Of a stretch of 64,000 nt of DNA, positions 27,671 to 39,280 are shown piece after piece. This DNA comes from Fidelibacterota bacterium. GTDB lineage: Bacteria; Pseudomonadota; Alphaproteobacteria; Rhodospirillales; Rhodospirillaceae. The position numbers and the translations under genes are program-made. The stretch covers positions 1,583 through 65,582 of the forward strand of contig CANISR010000002.1 of the NCBI GenBank assembly GCA_947470105.1. The letters are read 5' to 3'. Every line of letters starts with the position of its first letter. The first letter of the stretch is position 1. The notes under the pieces were generated by a model. The model worked only from the letters and a program-made list of their open reading frames with translations, was not told where the DNA came from and did not search any database.

Positions 27671-28102
27671 CTATTTCGGACGCGCCGGGCGCTCAGGCAA
27701 AGTAACGCCCGCGGGCAACGTCGGCCGCTCGCCCGGCTTAAATCCTGTCGGCAGGGTCGGACGCTGCGGCAGCGTGACGCCGGCGGGCAACGCGGGCCGC
27801 TCGCCCGGCTTGAACCCTGTCGGCAGGGTCGGACGCTGCGGCGGCGTGACGCCGGCCGGCAACGTGGGCCGCTCGCCCGGCTTGAACCCTGTCGGCAGGG
27901 TCGGACGCTGCGGCAGGGTGACGCCCGCAGGCAACGCTGGCAAGTCGCCGGGCTTGAAGCCGGCCGGGGGCGTCGGCATTTTGCCCGTCGGCGGCGCCAT
28001 CCCAGTCCGCGGCGGCGGCGTGTTGGGGTTGGCGGCGACCGCAACGCCCGCGGTGAGCAAAAGAGTGGCGCACACGGACGCCGTGATGAGGCTCTTGGAC
28101 AT
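27671..28102 (-). CDS. secreted proline-rich tandem-repeat protein
   Basis: 143 aa from the ATG at 28102 (GGGGGAA lies 6 nt upstream). Signal peptide MSKSLITASVCATLLLTAGVAVAA, then four 24-aa repeats PTGFKPGERPTLPAGVTLPQRPTL. Other frames across the repeats lack a signal peptide. Confidence 0.7.
   Translation of the reverse strand: MSKSLITASVCATLLLTAGVAVAANPNTPPPRTGMAPPTGKMPTPPAGFKPGDLPALPAGVTLPQRPTLPTGFKPGERPTLPAGVTPPQRPTLPTGFKPGERPALPAGVTLPQRPTLPTGFKPGERPTLPAGVTLPERPARPK
27683..27970. repeat. 72-bp tandem repeat x4 (with 36-bp sub-period), coding
   Basis: GGCCGCTCGCCCGGCTT recurs at 27723, 27795 and 27867, an exact 72-bp period. Units are nearly identical. Confidence 0.9.
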
Positions 28103-28281
28103 TTGCATTTCCCCCAATGCTTATGATGTTAAGCGACAAACGCTCGCAACGTTAAGCGGCGAAACGCTAGCAACCGAGGCCTGCAGGGTCAATGGACAGT
28201 CAGGGGTTTATTACCCAGGGCTTTGAGGGGCCGCTGGGGCCCCGCGCCCGAAGGGCGCAAAAGATAGAATCGATCCCGCCC

Positions 28282-28325
28282 GGCGGCGGAGTGAAGGCGG
28301 TATTTGTGGAGCTGCCCTCCGGGGG
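28282..28325. repeat. direct repeat copy B (native flank downstream of tRNA-Ala)
   Basis: Partner of 27524-27568. Separated from the tRNA 3' end by the 45-bp palindrome, which copy A lacks. Confidence 0.7.
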
Positions 28326-28369
28326 ATCAACATGACAAGTCGACCCACTGGGTCGACTTGTCATGTTGA

Positions 28370-28370
<1 letters not shown>
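28326..28370. terminator. 45-bp perfect palindrome abutting the tRNA-Ala 3' end (probable tRNA terminator hairpin)
   Basis: ATCAACATGACAAGTCGACCCA-c-TGGGTCGACTTGTCATGTTGAT. 22-nt arms with a single-nt centre. The last base is A76 of the encoded CCA. Confidence 0.5.
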
Positions 28371-28445
<75 letters not shown>

Positions 28446-28659
28446 GCATCAACATTGGACGTACCGGTCACGCCGGCCGCCCCGGATGTAAAAGCGGCGG
28501 GAGAATGGGTCCAAAGAGCCCCGAAGTCAAGGCAGCCAAGTCTATGGAAGTGTTGCAATTTTTGCCGCCGGGCCCGAACCGGGGCGAGCTTGCGTGCAGT
28601 AAATACCCTCAGGTAGGGTAGCCGCCAATCGAAGCCGCCAGAATCGGTCCTTCCCGGCC

Positions 28660-28965
28660 ATGAACACCATCCTGATCCCTATCCTCACGGTCATCAGCGT
28701 CGCCCTGAACCTCTATTGGTGGGTGGTGCTGATCGCGGTGATCATGAGCTGGCTGGTGCAGCTCAATATGATCAACACCCACAACCAGATCATCCGCACC
28801 ATCGGCAACATCGTCCATCAACTGACGGAGCCGGTTTTACGCCGCATCCGGCGGGTAATCCCGTCGGTGGGCAATGTGGACCTTTCGGCCATCGTACTGT
28901 TTCTGCTGATTCTGCTGCTGCAGCAGATCATCGCCCAGCTCATGTTCAAGCTGGCGACTTCGTAA
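28660..28965 (+). CDS. yggT: YggT family membrane protein
   Basis: 101 aa. Two hydrophobic blocks with W-x-V-L-I-x-x-I-x-S-W and P-x-L-x-P-I-R-R-x-I-P motifs typical of YggT/Ycf19. Confidence 0.85.
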   Translation: MNTILIPILTVISVALNLYWWVVLIAVIMSWLVQLNMINTHNQIIRTIGNIVHQLTEPVLRRIRRVIPSVGNVDLSAIVLFLLILLLQQIIAQLMFKLATS

Positions 28966-28973
28966 ATTCACTG

Positions 28974-29291
28974 ATGACGTCCAGGCCGTTCTTCCGTCTG
29001 GAGGCGCACGGCCTGACGGTGACGCTGAAGGTCCAGCCCAAAGCTTCCCGCAACGCCATTGGTGACGTGGTCGAAATCCCCGACGGCTGGGCGCTCAAGG
29101 TCGCCGTGACCGCGCCGGCGGATAAGGGCAAGGCCAATGCGGCGGTCGTGGCCCTGCTCGCCACGGCGTTCGGTGTGGCTAAACGCGATGTCACGCTGGT
29201 GCTAGGTGAAACCGACCGGCGCAAAGTGGTACATGTCGCGGGCGACGCGCCCGCGCTCGCCGTTATCGCCCAACAGTGGATGCCGCAATGA
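28974..29291 (+). CDS. DUF167 (YggU) family protein
   Basis: 105 aa. [16 protein letters not shown]...[23 protein letters not shown] pattern of YggU. Conserved yggT-yggU pairing. Confidence 0.8.
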   Translation: MTSRPFFRLEAHGLTVTLKVQPKASRNAIGDVVEIPDGWALKVAVTAPADKGKANAAVVALLATAFGVAKRDVTLVLGETDRRKVVHVAGDAPALAVIAQQWMPQ

Positions 29292-30202
29292 CAGCCAGAA
29301 TTATTGACGGTAAGGAAGCTTCGGCCCGCCTCAAAGAGGGCGTCGCTAAGGCCGTGGCGCAGCTCAAGGAAAAGCACGGCATTGAGCCGGGCTTAGCTAC
29401 GGTGCTGGTGGGTGAAGACCCCGCCAGCCAGGTCTATGTGCGCAACAAGCAGAAGACCGCGGTGGCCCTGGGCATGAAGTCGTTCCAGCACGACCTGCCC
29501 GCCTCCACCACTGAAGCCGACCTGCTGGCGCTGGTCACCAAGCTCAATAACGCGCCGGACGTGCATGGCATTCTGGTCCAGTTGCCGGTGCCCAAACATA
29601 TCGACTCGTTCAAGGTGATCACGACGACTTCGGTCGCCAAGGACGTGGACGGCCTTCACCCCGAGAGCGCCGGACGTTTGGTGGCGGGCGGCGACGCACT
29701 GGTGTCCTGCACGCCCATGGGCTGCATCATGCTGGCGAAGGATGTGCTGGGCGATCTCACCGGCAAAAACGCGGTGGTGGTCGGACGCTCCAACCTGGTG
29801 GGCAAGCCGGTGGCGCATCTGCTGTTGAATGAAAACTGCACGGTCACCATCGCCCATTCCCGCACCAAGGATCTCGCGGCCATCTGCCGCGGCGCCGATA
29901 TTCTGGTAGCGGCCGTGGGCCGTCCGGAGATGATCCGCGGCGATTGGATCAAGCCGGGCGCGGTCGTGATCGATGTGGGGATCAACCGCGTGCCGACGCC
30001 TGACGGCAAAGGCCGGCTGGTCGGTGATGTGAATTTCGCCGAGGCGGTCCTGGTGGCGGGCGCCATCACGCCGGTGCCGGGCGGCGTCGGGCCCATGACC
30101 ATCGCCTGCCTGATGGTGAACACGTTAAAGGCCGCGTGCGCACAAGCCGGGATCACCGATGTGGAGATCCCGGACAAGCTTCCGGCCAAAATGGACGTCT
30201 AG
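29288..30202 (+). CDS. folD: bifunctional methylenetetrahydrofolate dehydrogenase / methenyltetrahydrofolate cyclohydrolase
   Basis: [12 protein letters not shown] start, [23 protein letters not shown], and [16 protein letters not shown] motifs. ATGA overlap with the DUF167 stop. Confidence 0.95.
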   Translation: MTARIIDGKEASARLKEGVAKAVAQLKEKHGIEPGLATVLVGEDPASQVYVRNKQKTAVALGMKSFQHDLPASTTEADLLALVTKLNNAPDVHGILVQLPVPKHIDSFKVITTTSVAKDVDGLHPESAGRLVAGGDALVSCTPMGCIMLAKDVLGDLTGKNAVVVGRSNLVGKPVAHLLLNENCTVTIAHSRTKDLAAICRGADILVAAVGRPEMIRGDWIKPGAVVIDVGINRVPTPDGKGRLVGDVNFAEAVLVAGAITPVPGGVGPMTIACLMVNTLKAACAQAGITDVEIPDKLPAKMDV

Positions 30203-30963
30203 AGTTTCGAAAAATCCGGGGCGCGCTTTTCCAGGAACGCCGCGGCTGCTTCTTTGAATTCGGGCGACTTCAGGCGCACCGAGAAAATCTCAACCTCTTT
30301 GGCAATCCACGCGGAGATGGCGCCGTCCTGGCCGCGCAGCAGCGCCTTGGTGGCGCGCAAGGATGCGCTGGGTTTGGCGGCGAGGATTTTCGCCTTGGCC
30401 GCCACCAGCGTCATCAACTCGGCGGCGGGAACCACGGCGTTCACCAGGCCGTGCGCATGAGCCTGTTCGGCGGAGAACGGCTCGCCGAGGAGCAACAGTT
30501 CGGCAGCGCGCTGATAGCCGATAATATGCGGCAACAACATGCTGGAGGCGAATTCCGGCACCAGGCCCAGGTTGACGAAGGGCAATTGGAACCGCGCTTC
30601 CGGCGCCGCGTAGACCAGGTCGCAGTGCAGCAGCACTGTTGTGCCGATGCCGACGGCGACGCCTGTCACGGCGCCGATCACCGGCTTGGTCAGCGCCACC
30701 ATGGCCGCCATGAATTGAAACACCGGCGCGCTCGGGTCTCGCGGCGGGCTTTCGAGAAAATCCTTGAGATCATTGCCGGCGGTAAATACGCCGCCGACGC
30801 CGGTCAACACGACCACGCGCACAGCCGTGTTTTGTTCGGCATCGCGCAAGACCCGGGCGGCCTCGGCGTACATGGCGCCGGTGATGGCGTTCTTCTTTTC
30901 CGGGCGGTTGAAGGACAGCGTCAGAACGCCGTCCGCGATGATCGACTGGATATGCTCGCTCAT
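30199..30963 (-). CDS. enoyl-CoA hydratase/isomerase family protein
   Basis: 254 aa. [12 protein letters not shown] and [20 protein letters not shown] crotonase motifs. Confidence 0.88.
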   Translation of the reverse strand: MSEHIQSIIADGVLTLSFNRPEKKNAITGAMYAEAARVLRDAEQNTAVRVVVLTGVGGVFTAGNDLKDFLESPPRDPSAPVFQFMAAMVALTKPVIGAVTGVAVGIGTTVLLHCDLVYAAPEARFQLPFVNLGLVPEFASSMLLPHIIGYQRAAELLLLGEPFSAEQAHAHGLVNAVVPAAELMTLVAAKAKILAAKPSASLRATKALLRGQDGAISAWIAKEVEIFSVRLKSPEFKEAAAAFLEKRAPDFSKL

Positions 30964-31628
30964 GACATCCCCCTCAGAATTTCTGCCAACGCAGGCATAT
31001 CACAGGCCACCTGCACCGCGCCCGCGTCTTTCAGCAGCGCGGTAAGATTGGGCGAACAGTGGCCGCCGCCGGTGAAGCCTACGGCGGTCATGCCCGCCGC
31101 CACCGCCGAACGCACGCCGTTGACGCTGTCCTCCACCGCCGCACAGGCACGGGGATCAACGCAAAGCTTGGCCGCTGTAAAGAGATAAAGGTCGGGCCAC
31201 GGCTTGCCCCGCGCCACCGACTCTCCCGAATACACATGAGGCGCGAAGGCGTCGAACAGGTCCACATGGCGCAGTTTGTGCTCCAGCCGATAGACGCTGG
31301 AGCTGGACGCGACAGCTTTGAGGGTTGAAAGCCCGTGCACCACATCGCGAGTGCCGGCGACAGCGTCAGCCTGCCCTGCCATCTCCGCCCAGATGCGCGC
31401 GGCGAGCTGCTCGCCGAATTTGTCCGGCAGCGGTTTGCCGAACTGGGCCAGATGGTCGTCGTTGAGGCCGGCGTGGAAAGTGGCGTTGGTCTGGCCGAGG
31501 AAGCGTTCGGCGAAAGCATGGCGTTCGTAATGCAGGCCAATTTCCGCGAGTGCGGCCAGCTCCACCCGGAGCGCGATGACCTCGCTATCGACGAGCACGC
31601 CGTCGCAGTCGAAGATCACCGCGTCCAT
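30960..31628 (-). CDS. HAD-IA family hydrolase (phosphatase / beta-phosphoglucomutase-like)
   Basis: DAVIFDCDGVLVDSE motif I, S/T motif II, and CAAVEDSVNGVRSAVAAGM motif III/IV. Confidence 0.85.
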   Translation of the reverse strand: MDAVIFDCDGVLVDSEVIALRVELAALAEIGLHYERHAFAERFLGQTNATFHAGLNDDHLAQFGKPLPDKFGEQLAARIWAEMAGQADAVAGTRDVVHGLSTLKAVASSSSVYRLEHKLRHVDLFDAFAPHVYSGESVARGKPWPDLYLFTAAKLCVDPRACAAVEDSVNGVRSAVAAGMTAVGFTGGGHCSPNLTALLKDAGAVQVACDMPALAEILRGMS

Positions 31629-31636
31629 GGGCAGGA

Positions 31637-32848
<1,212 letters not shown>

Positions 32849-32966
32849 TGCGCATCGTTCCTGGAAGGGAGGGACCAAAAGTCGCGGCAGTATAGGGAGC
32901 GTTCCCTGCCTCGCAAGGGTGGGATGGTGAAATCCTCGGCCACGCTGCTATGATTCGTTTTTAGAG

Positions 32967-33437
32967 GTGGATGTGGCGGGACTCCCCATGATTTCAGACC
33001 GAATTGCTGCAGTGATTGTTGCAGGCTTCCTCGGGGCCTGTGCAGCAAATCAGGTCACCTCCGACAGCCCGGCGCCCCCACCGCTGACCATGGCGGCCAA
33101 GGGAATCGCCATGCCGGCGGGCTACAAGCTGGACGCCGACCGGACCCTGATCTTCGGCAACGACGAAAACTGGACCGGCCGGCTGGCCTATAGCGCCAAG
33201 GCGTCGGCCGACGAGGTGTTCGATTTCCTGCACCGGGAAATGCCCAATTTCGGCTGGGTGGAACTCAGCGCCATGCGCTCGGACGCCAGCCTCATGACCT
33301 TTGTGTCGGAAGCCACGGCCCGCGTGGCCACGTTCCATATTGCCCGCGGGTCCATGCTGGGATCGACCACGGTGGATCTGGTGATTGGTCCGAAAGAAAC
33401 CGCGCCGGCCAGGCCCGCCCCGCGCGCGCTGCGCTAA
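32967..33437 (+). CDS. hypothetical lipoprotein
   Basis: Lipobox FLGAC after a hydrophobic leader; the internal ATG at 32988 is an alternative start. No family recognised. Confidence 0.55.
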   Translation: MDVAGLPMISDRIAAVIVAGFLGACAANQVTSDSPAPPPLTMAAKGIAMPAGYKLDADRTLIFGNDENWTGRLAYSAKASADEVFDFLHREMPNFGWVELSAMRSDASLMTFVSEATARVATFHIARGSMLGSTTVDLVIGPKETAPARPAPRALR

Positions 33438-33453
33438 AAATGAGCGCGCCGGG

Positions 33454-34608
33454 CTAAAGCGCCGCTTCTTTTTCCGCCCAGGCGGCTTCGGATTCCCGCA
33501 GGCGGATCTCCTTGGCCGAGAGTTTCTCGGAATCAGTCTTGAGCTGGCCGCAGGCCGCCAGAATGTCGCGGCCCCGGGGCGTGCGCACGGGGGCGCTGAA
33601 GCCCGCGTCCCACAGGTGCTGGGCAAAGGCCTCGACGGTGGCCGCGTCGGAACATTCGTAGGGCGTGCCCGGCCAGGGATTGAATGGGATCAGGTTGAAC
33701 TTGCAGGGGATGTCCCGGACCAGCCTGATCAAGGCGCGGGCGTGGGCGGCCGTGTCGTTGATGCCCTTGAGCATGACGTATTCAAACGTGATGCGCCGGG
33801 CGTTGGAGGCGCCGGGATAATCGCGGCAGGCCTGCATCAATTCCTTCAGCGGATACTTCTTGTTGATCGGCATGATCATGGAGCGGGTGTCGTCGTCGGG
33901 TGCGTGCAGCGAGATGGCGAGATTGACGCCCAGCTCCGCGCCGCAGCGGCGGATCTCCGGCACCACGCCGGAGGTGGACAAGGTGATGCGGCGCTTGCCG
34001 AGGGCGATGCCGTCGTCGGCCATGACGATGCGCATGGCGGTGGCCACTTCATCGAAATTATAGAGCGGCTCGCCCATGCCCATGAGCACGATGTTCGAGA
34101 TCATGCGGCGCTCGTCGTTGGGCGTCGGCCATTCGCCGTAGCTGTCGCGGGCCACCATGAACTGGCCGAGAATCTCGGCGCTGGTGAGGTTGCGCACCAG
34201 GCGCTGGGTGCCCGTGTGGCAGAAGCGGCAGGTGAGCGTGCAGCCGACCTGGGAGGACACGCAGACCGCGCCGCGGTCGTCCTCGGGGATGAACACGGAT
34301 TCCGCCTTCTGGCCGTCGGCGAATTCCATCAGCCACTTGCGGGTGCCGTCGGTGGAGGTCTGCTCGCGGGCCACAGCCGGCCGGCGGAGGACGAAATGGT
34401 CTTCCAGGCGGACCCTCAGGTCCTTGGACAGGTCGGTCATGGCCGCGAAATCGCGCGCGCCCTGGTGATAGAGCCAATGCCATACCTGCTTGGCGCGAAA
34501 GGGCTTTTCGCCCCGCTCCAGCAGCGCAAGCGTCAGCGCCTCACGGGACAGACCGATGAGGTTGGTGCGGGTCTCGACTGGGGGAGCAAGGGTATCCATG
34601 GGCGGCAT
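33454..34608 (-). CDS. rlmN: 23S rRNA (adenine2503-C2)-methyltransferase / tRNA m2A37 methyltransferase, radical SAM
   Basis: [11 protein letters not shown] radical-SAM CxxxCxxC cluster, GMGEPLYN, and C-terminal ACGQL motif. Confidence 0.93.
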   Translation of the reverse strand: MPPMDTLAPPVETRTNLIGLSREALTLALLERGEKPFRAKQVWHWLYHQGARDFAAMTDLSKDLRVRLEDHFVLRRPAVAREQTSTDGTRKWLMEFADGQKAESVFIPEDDRGAVCVSSQVGCTLTCRFCHTGTQRLVRNLTSAEILGQFMVARDSYGEWPTPNDERRMISNIVLMGMGEPLYNFDEVATAMRIVMADDGIALGKRRITLSTSGVVPEIRRCGAELGVNLAISLHAPDDDTRSMIMPINKKYPLKELMQACRDYPGASNARRITFEYVMLKGINDTAAHARALIRLVRDIPCKFNLIPFNPWPGTPYECSDAATVEAFAQHLWDAGFSAPVRTPRGRDILAACGQLKTDSEKLSAKEIRLRESEAAWAEKEAAL

Positions 34609-34623
34609 TTATGCCGATTCCCC

Positions 34624-35409
34624 TTAAGGATCAACCCGCAGGCACGTGATCGAGGCTTTGGGACTGCACAGCGGGCACTCGGGGTCGGGCTTGATCTTGA
34701 CGTGGCGCATGGCGGCGGAGAGAGCGTCATAGATCAGCAGACGGCCCGCCATGCTGTCGCCGATGCCCAGCAACTCCTTGAGCACTTCGGTGGCCTGAAG
34801 CGTACCGAGCACGCCCGCCACCGCGCCCAGAACGCCGGCTTCGTCGCAGGTCGGGATCTGCCCCGGCGGCGGCGGCGCCGGGTAGAGGCAGCGATAGCAA
34901 GGGCCGCCGGCGTGGGGCTTGAAGGTGGAAAGCTGACCGTCGAAGCGAAGCACGGCGGCGGACACCAATGTCTTCTTGGCAAAGAAGCAGGCGTCGTTGA
35001 CCAGGAAACGGGTGGGGAAATTGTCGCTGCCGTCGGCCACCAGGTCGTAGCCGGCAATGAGCGCCGCCGCGTTGTCGGCGGTAAGCCGGACTTTGTGGGT
35101 GACGACGGTCACATCGGGATTGATGGCGGCCACGGCGGCTTTGGCGCTGTCGACTTTGGCCATGCCGACGCGGTCGGTGGTGTGGGCGATCTGGCGCTGA
35201 AGGTTGGAGAGATCCACCGTGTCGTCATCGACCACGCCGATGGTGCCGACGCCGGCGGCGGCGAGATAGAGGAGCAGCGGCGAGCCCAAGCCGCCCGCGC
35301 CGATGAGCAGCACTTTTGACTTAAGCAGCTTCTCTTGGCCGACGCCGCCCACTTCCCGCAGCAAAATATGCCGGGCATAGCGGTGGATTTGCGTCTCCGA
35401 GAAATCCAT
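34624..35409 (-). CDS. moeB: HesA/MoeB/ThiF family adenylyltransferase (molybdopterin-synthase adenylyltransferase-like)
   Basis: RYARHILLREVGGVGQEKL, LIGAGGLGSP nucleotide loop, CYRCLYP and CPLC zinc cysteines. Confidence 0.85.
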   Translation of the reverse strand: MDFSETQIHRYARHILLREVGGVGQEKLLKSKVLLIGAGGLGSPLLLYLAAAGVGTIGVVDDDTVDLSNLQRQIAHTTDRVGMAKVDSAKAAVAAINPDVTVVTHKVRLTADNAAALIAGYDLVADGSDNFPTRFLVNDACFFAKKTLVSAAVLRFDGQLSTFKPHAGGPCYRCLYPAPPPPGQIPTCDEAGVLGAVAGVLGTLQATEVLKELLGIGDSMAGRLLIYDALSAAMRHVKIKPDPECPLCSPKASITCLRVDP

Positions 35410-35870
35410 CAGGATTTATGGGTGCCCGTCGAACCGAAGCCGCCGTCGCCGCGGTCGGTGTTGTCCAGGTCTTCTTTCTCTTGCCACATGATGGCGCGCA
35501 CGGGCGCCACCACCATCTGCGCGACGCGCATGCCGCGGGTGACGGTGAAGGCGGTCTTGCCGTGGTTGATCAGGATCACGCCGATTTCGCCGCGGTAATC
35601 GGAGTCGATGGTTCCGGGGCTGTTGAGCACGGTGACGGCGTTCTTAGCCGCCAACCCAGAGCGCGGCCGCACCTGGGCCTCGAAGCCGTGAGGCACCGCA
35701 ATGGCGAAACCGGTGGGGATGATCGCGTGGGCGCCGGGTTGCAGCACTACATCTGCCTCTACGGCGGCGGAGAGATCCATGCCCGCCGCATGTTCGGTTT
35801 GATAGGCGGGCAAGGGCAGATCGTGGCCGCTGGCGAGACGCTTGATGTTGACGGCAGTGACAACAGGCAA
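35409..35870 (-). CDS. dut: dUTP diphosphatase
   Basis: [11 protein letters not shown] and RSGLA motifs. TTG start at 35870 preceded by GAGAGGA. The 228-aa ORF-track version would overlap coaBC and was trimmed. Confidence 0.9.
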   Translation of the reverse strand: MPVVTAVNIKRLASGHDLPLPAYQTEHAAGMDLSAAVEADVVLQPGAHAIIPTGFAIAVPHGFEAQVRPRSGLAAKNAVTVLNSPGTIDSDYRGEIGVILINHGKTAFTVTRGMRVAQMVVAPVRAIMWQEKEDLDNTDRGDGGFGSTGTHKS

Positions 35871-35883
35871 AGGTGAATCCTCT

Positions 35884-37095
35884 CTAGAGATTGCGTTCGG
35901 CAAAGGCGGCGATGCGCTCGGCCAGGCGTTCGGCGACGGCGCGTTTGCGCAATGTGGGCCAGCTTTCCACGCCCGCGGCTGTAACCAGATGGACGGTGTT
36001 GCTGTCGCCGCCGAAGGCGCCGCTGCCCGGCGACACGTCGTTGGCGACGATCCAATCACAGTTCTTGGCGGCACGCTTGAGCTGGGCGTTTTCAATCAGG
36101 TTGTCGGTCTCGGCGGCGAATCCCACCACCAGCGCCGGACGCTGCGGTCCGGCCTGCGACAGGGTCGCGAGGATGTCCGGGTTCTCGCTCAAGGACAGCG
36201 ACGGCGGCGTTGCGCCCTTCTTGAGCTTCTTGCCCGGCGTGCTGTCGACCTTCCAGTCGGCGACGGCGGCGGCGCAGACCACGATCTGCGCCGGCAACGC
36301 CTCGCGGGCGGCCTTCATCATCTGCGCTGCGGTCTCAACATGCTGCACCGTCACGCCGTCCGGATCGGGTTCGTGGGTCGGGCCCGAAATTAGCGTGACG
36401 CTGGCGCCGAGTTCCGCCAGCGCCGTGGCGACAGCATGGCCCTGCTTGCCCGAGGAGCGGTTGGCGATATAGCGCACGGCGTCGATGGGCTCATGGGTGG
36501 GCCCGCTGGTGACGATGGCGTGAAAACCTGAAAGGGCGCCCTGTCCCTGGCGCTTCTGGAAAAACTGCGAGAGGGCCGCGAGGATGTCGGGCACCTCGGC
36601 CATGCGGCCGTCGCCCACTTCACCGCAGGCGAGGTCGCCGACACCGGGCCCGATGACGCGCACGGCGCGGTTCTTGAGGGTGATGAGGTTGGCTTGCGTC
36701 GCCGGATGGGTCCACATCATCACGTTCATGCTGGGCGCGATCATCACCGGCTTGTCGGTGGCCAGCAGCGCGGTGGTGGCGAGATCGTCGGCCTGTCCCA
36801 TGGCCATCTTGGCCATGATGTCGGCGGTGGCGGGCGCCACCAGCAGAATGTCGGCCTCGCGCGACAAGCGGATGTGGCCCATGTCGCTCTCGTCCGTCAG
36901 CGAGAACAGATCCTGGTAGACCTTGTCGCCCGACAGCGCTGCAAGCGTAAGCGGTGTGACGAACTGCGCGCCGGATTTGGTGATGATACAGCGCACCGAG
37001 GCACCCCGTTCCCGGAGGCGGCGGATCAGGTCGGGGATCTTCACCGCGGCAATGCCGCCGGCGACGATCAACAGGATGCGCTTGTTGTCGAGCAT
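35884..37095 (-). CDS. coaBC: bifunctional phosphopantothenoylcysteine decarboxylase / phosphopantothenate-cysteine ligase
   Basis: 403 aa. N-terminal flavoprotein [13 protein letters not shown] and PAMN-like PSMNVMMW motifs. C-terminal CoaB domain [25 protein letters not shown]. Confidence 0.93.
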   Translation of the reverse strand: MLDNKRILLIVAGGIAAVKIPDLIRRLRERGASVRCIITKSGAQFVTPLTLAALSGDKVYQDLFSLTDESDMGHIRLSREADILLVAPATADIMAKMAMGQADDLATTALLATDKPVMIAPSMNVMMWTHPATQANLITLKNRAVRVIGPGVGDLACGEVGDGRMAEVPDILAALSQFFQKRQGQGALSGFHAIVTSGPTHEPIDAVRYIANRSSGKQGHAVATALAELGASVTLISGPTHEPDPDGVTVQHVETAAQMMKAAREALPAQIVVCAAAVADWKVDSTPGKKLKKGATPPSLSLSENPDILATLSQAGPQRPALVVGFAAETDNLIENAQLKRAAKNCDWIVANDVSPGSGAFGGDSNTVHLVTAAGVESWPTLRKRAVAERLAERIAAFAERNL

Positions 37096-37126
37096 GTGGT
37101 GGAGCTTAACCGATGTGACGGATGGC

Positions 37127-37732
37127 TTATAGGTTAGGTAAGGCTGTTTTAAGCCCTAAATCCTTCTCGATTCTTACCACCCAGCCCTGCACATGGGGCC
37201 ATTGACGGAGGTCGAGGCCAGCCTCGTGGGAAAAACGCGTGTAGGCCACCAGCGCGATATCCGCCAGGCTCAAGGCATCGGCGACGAAATAGGCCCGTGT
37301 CGCCAAATGGTCGTTCATGATGGTGAGGACCCGCTCACATTTCGGTTTCAACGCGGGGTCGATCTCGCTCTCGGGCTTCTTGAGGTAGGCCTTGTGAAAC
37401 CGCAGCACGGCAATGGCGGTCTCGTGGCTGTATTGCTCCCAGAACAGCCACTGGAACATGAGCGCCCGGTCCACGGCGTCCGCCGGGATCAATCGGCTGC
37501 CCTCGGCGAGATACAGCATGATGGCGTTGGACTGGGCCAGGGGCCGGCCGTCCTCCAGGATCACCAGCGGCACCTGTCCTGCAGGATTGAGCGCCAGGAA
37601 CGCCGGCGTGCGGGTCTCCTTCCTGACCACGCTGGTCTCGATCCAGCGGATCGGCTTGCCCAGAAGGTCGGCGACGAATTTGACCTTGAGGCAATTGCCG
37701 GAGATGGAGTCGCCGTAGACGGTGATGGTCAT
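37127..37732 (-). CDS. glutathione S-transferase family protein
   Basis: 201 aa. N-terminal thioredoxin-like fold with S-G-N-C, LNPAGQVP and ESNAI-like QSNAIMLYL motifs. Confidence 0.88.
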   Translation of the reverse strand: MTITVYGDSISGNCLKVKFVADLLGKPIRWIETSVVRKETRTPAFLALNPAGQVPLVILEDGRPLAQSNAIMLYLAEGSRLIPADAVDRALMFQWLFWEQYSHETAIAVLRFHKAYLKKPESEIDPALKPKCERVLTIMNDHLATRAYFVADALSLADIALVAYTRFSHEAGLDLRQWPHVQGWVVRIEKDLGLKTALPNL

Positions 37733-37738
37733 CGCGCC

Positions 37739-39280
37739 TTACCTCAGGACTACGACCGCCAAGAGGGCCGCGGCCACCAGCCACGGCAGCCACAGCATCA
37801 CTGGCGCGCGTTTGCGGCCTTCGCCGCGCAAGGTTCGGGTGGTGTCGGGGTGCAGCTTCAAGCCATTGCGGGCGAGGTCGGCAGTGATGCTGTCGACGCG
37901 CTCGATGATGCGCGGCAGCTTTTGTGCCGTAGCGATGGTGTCGCCGACGATATCCGCGATCTTGCCCTGAGGCCCCAGGCGCTCGCGCATCCAGTTCTCC
38001 ACCAAGGGGCGCGCCAGCTCCCACATATTCACTTCCGGCGCCAGCTTGCGGCCCACACCTTCGGCCAGCAGCATGCTCTTTTGCAGCAGCAGCAACTGCG
38101 GTTGGGTTTCCATCTCGAAGTCTTCGGTGATCTGGAACAACTGGCCCAGCAGCTTGGCGATGGAGATTTCGGCCACGGGCTTGCCGAGGATGGGCTCGGC
38201 GATGGTGCGGGCGGCCTGGGCGAACAGCTCCACGGATTTATGGGCCGGCACGTAGCCGGCGCGGATATGCACCTCGGCCACGCGCTTGTAGTCGCGGGTC
38301 AGGAACCCCAGCAGCATTTCACCCAGGGCCAGGCGCGTCTCGGGGTCGACGCGGCCCATGATGCCGAAGTCCACGGCGATGATGACGCCGTCGGCGCCGA
38401 TGAACAAATTGCCGGGATGCATATCGGCGTGAAAGAAGCCGTCGCGGAATACCATCTTGAAGAACGCCTCGGCGGCGGCCTTCACCACCTGCACCGGATC
38501 GGCGCCGATGGCGATGACCGCGGCGCGGTCGTCGACCCGGGCGCCGGACATGCGTTCAAGGGTCAGCACCCGTTGCGAGGTCAGGTTCCAATCTACGGTG
38601 GGAACGCGAAACCCGGGATCGCCGGCGAAATTCTCCGCCAGCTCCTGGGCGCCCGCGGCCTCGAAGCGCAAATCCATTTCCAGGCGTACGGTTTCGGCGA
38701 AGGTGCGCACCACTTCGATAGGCTTCAGACGCCGCAGCCAGGCAACGCGGCTCTCGGCCACGTCGGCCATCCAGGTGAGGAACTCGATATCGCGCGCGAA
38801 GGCCGCTTTGACCGCGGGCCGCAATACTTTGACCGCTACTTCGCGCCCGGCGTTGTCTACCGCGAAGTGCACCTGGGCAATGGACGCAGCGGCGACGGAG
38901 ACCGGATCGAAGCTTTTGAACAGCGACTCCAGCGGGGCTTCAAAATCTTCCTCGATGGTGCGCTTGGCCTCGGCGAAAGGAAAAGGCGGCAGGCGGTCTT
39001 GAAGCTCCGACAGGTCGGCAGCCGCTTCCTCGCCCAGCAGGTCGGAGCGGGTGGACAGGGCTTGGCCGAATTTGATGAAGGTGGGACCCAGGGCCGCCAG
39101 GGCCAGCGCCAAGCGTTGGCCTTGGCGCAGGCCTTTGACGCTGCCCTCGGGCCGCCAGACGGTGCGTGCGATGCGGGCCAGGGTCGCACCGGCCGGATGC
39201 AGCTCCAGCAGGAACAACGCATCGTGGCGCGCGAGACTGCGGGCGATGACGCACAGGCGGACAAAGTGCCGAATCGCCAT
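37739..39280 (-). CDS. ubiB: ubiquinone biosynthesis protein UbiB (ABC1/ADCK atypical kinase)
   Basis: 513 aa. GPTFIKFGQALSTRSDLL, AAASIAQVH, FFHADMHPGN motifs and C-terminal TM helices. Adjacent to ubiE. Confidence 0.92.
   Translation of the reverse strand: MAIRHFVRLCVIARSLARHDALFLLELHPAGATLARIARTVWRPEGSVKGLRQGQRLALALAALGPTFIKFGQALSTRSDLLGEEAAADLSELQDRLPPFPFAEAKRTIEEDFEAPLESLFKSFDPVSVAAASIAQVHFAVDNAGREVAVKVLRPAVKAAFARDIEFLTWMADVAESRVAWLRRLKPIEVVRTFAETVRLEMDLRFEAAGAQELAENFAGDPGFRVPTVDWNLTSQRVLTLERMSGARVDDRAAVIAIGADPVQVVKAAAEAFFKMVFRDGFFHADMHPGNLFIGADGVIIAVDFGIMGRVDPETRLALGEMLLGFLTRDYKRVAEVHIRAGYVPAHKSVELFAQAARTIAEPILGKPVAEISIAKLLGQLFQITEDFEMETQPQLLLLQKSMLLAEGVGRKLAPEVNMWELARPLVENWMRERLGPQGKIADIVGDTIATAQKLPRIIERVDSITADLARNGLKLHPDTTRTLRGEGRKRAPVMLWLPWLVAAALLAVVVLR

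Noticed and set aside
27683-27970. Possible CRISPR array (regular repeats); the same question applies to 43634-43860
   Set aside because: The units are directly abutting tandem repeats (72 bp and 90 bp) with no unique spacers. The first is in frame within a signal-peptide-bearing CDS. The second duplicates the dnaA 3' end. No cas genes are present.
27202-28226. Alternative ORFs across the proline-rich repeats (27202-28044 and 27738-28139 on the minus strand, 27546-28226 on the plus strand)
   Set aside because: The repeats keep all frames open. Only the 27671-28102 frame has a start with an SD-like GGGGGAA and a convincing Sec signal peptide.
33385-35319. 644-aa plus-strand ORF
   Set aside because: It is antisense to rlmN and moeB, both strongly supported. 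The composition is Gly/Ala/Arg-dominated with no recognisable domain.
35871-36095. N-terminal 75 codons of the 228-aa ORF containing dut
   Set aside because: They overlap the coaBC 3' end in another frame and encode A/P/S-rich filler. A TTG with a GAGAGGA SD at 35870 gives a normal 153-aa dUTPase.
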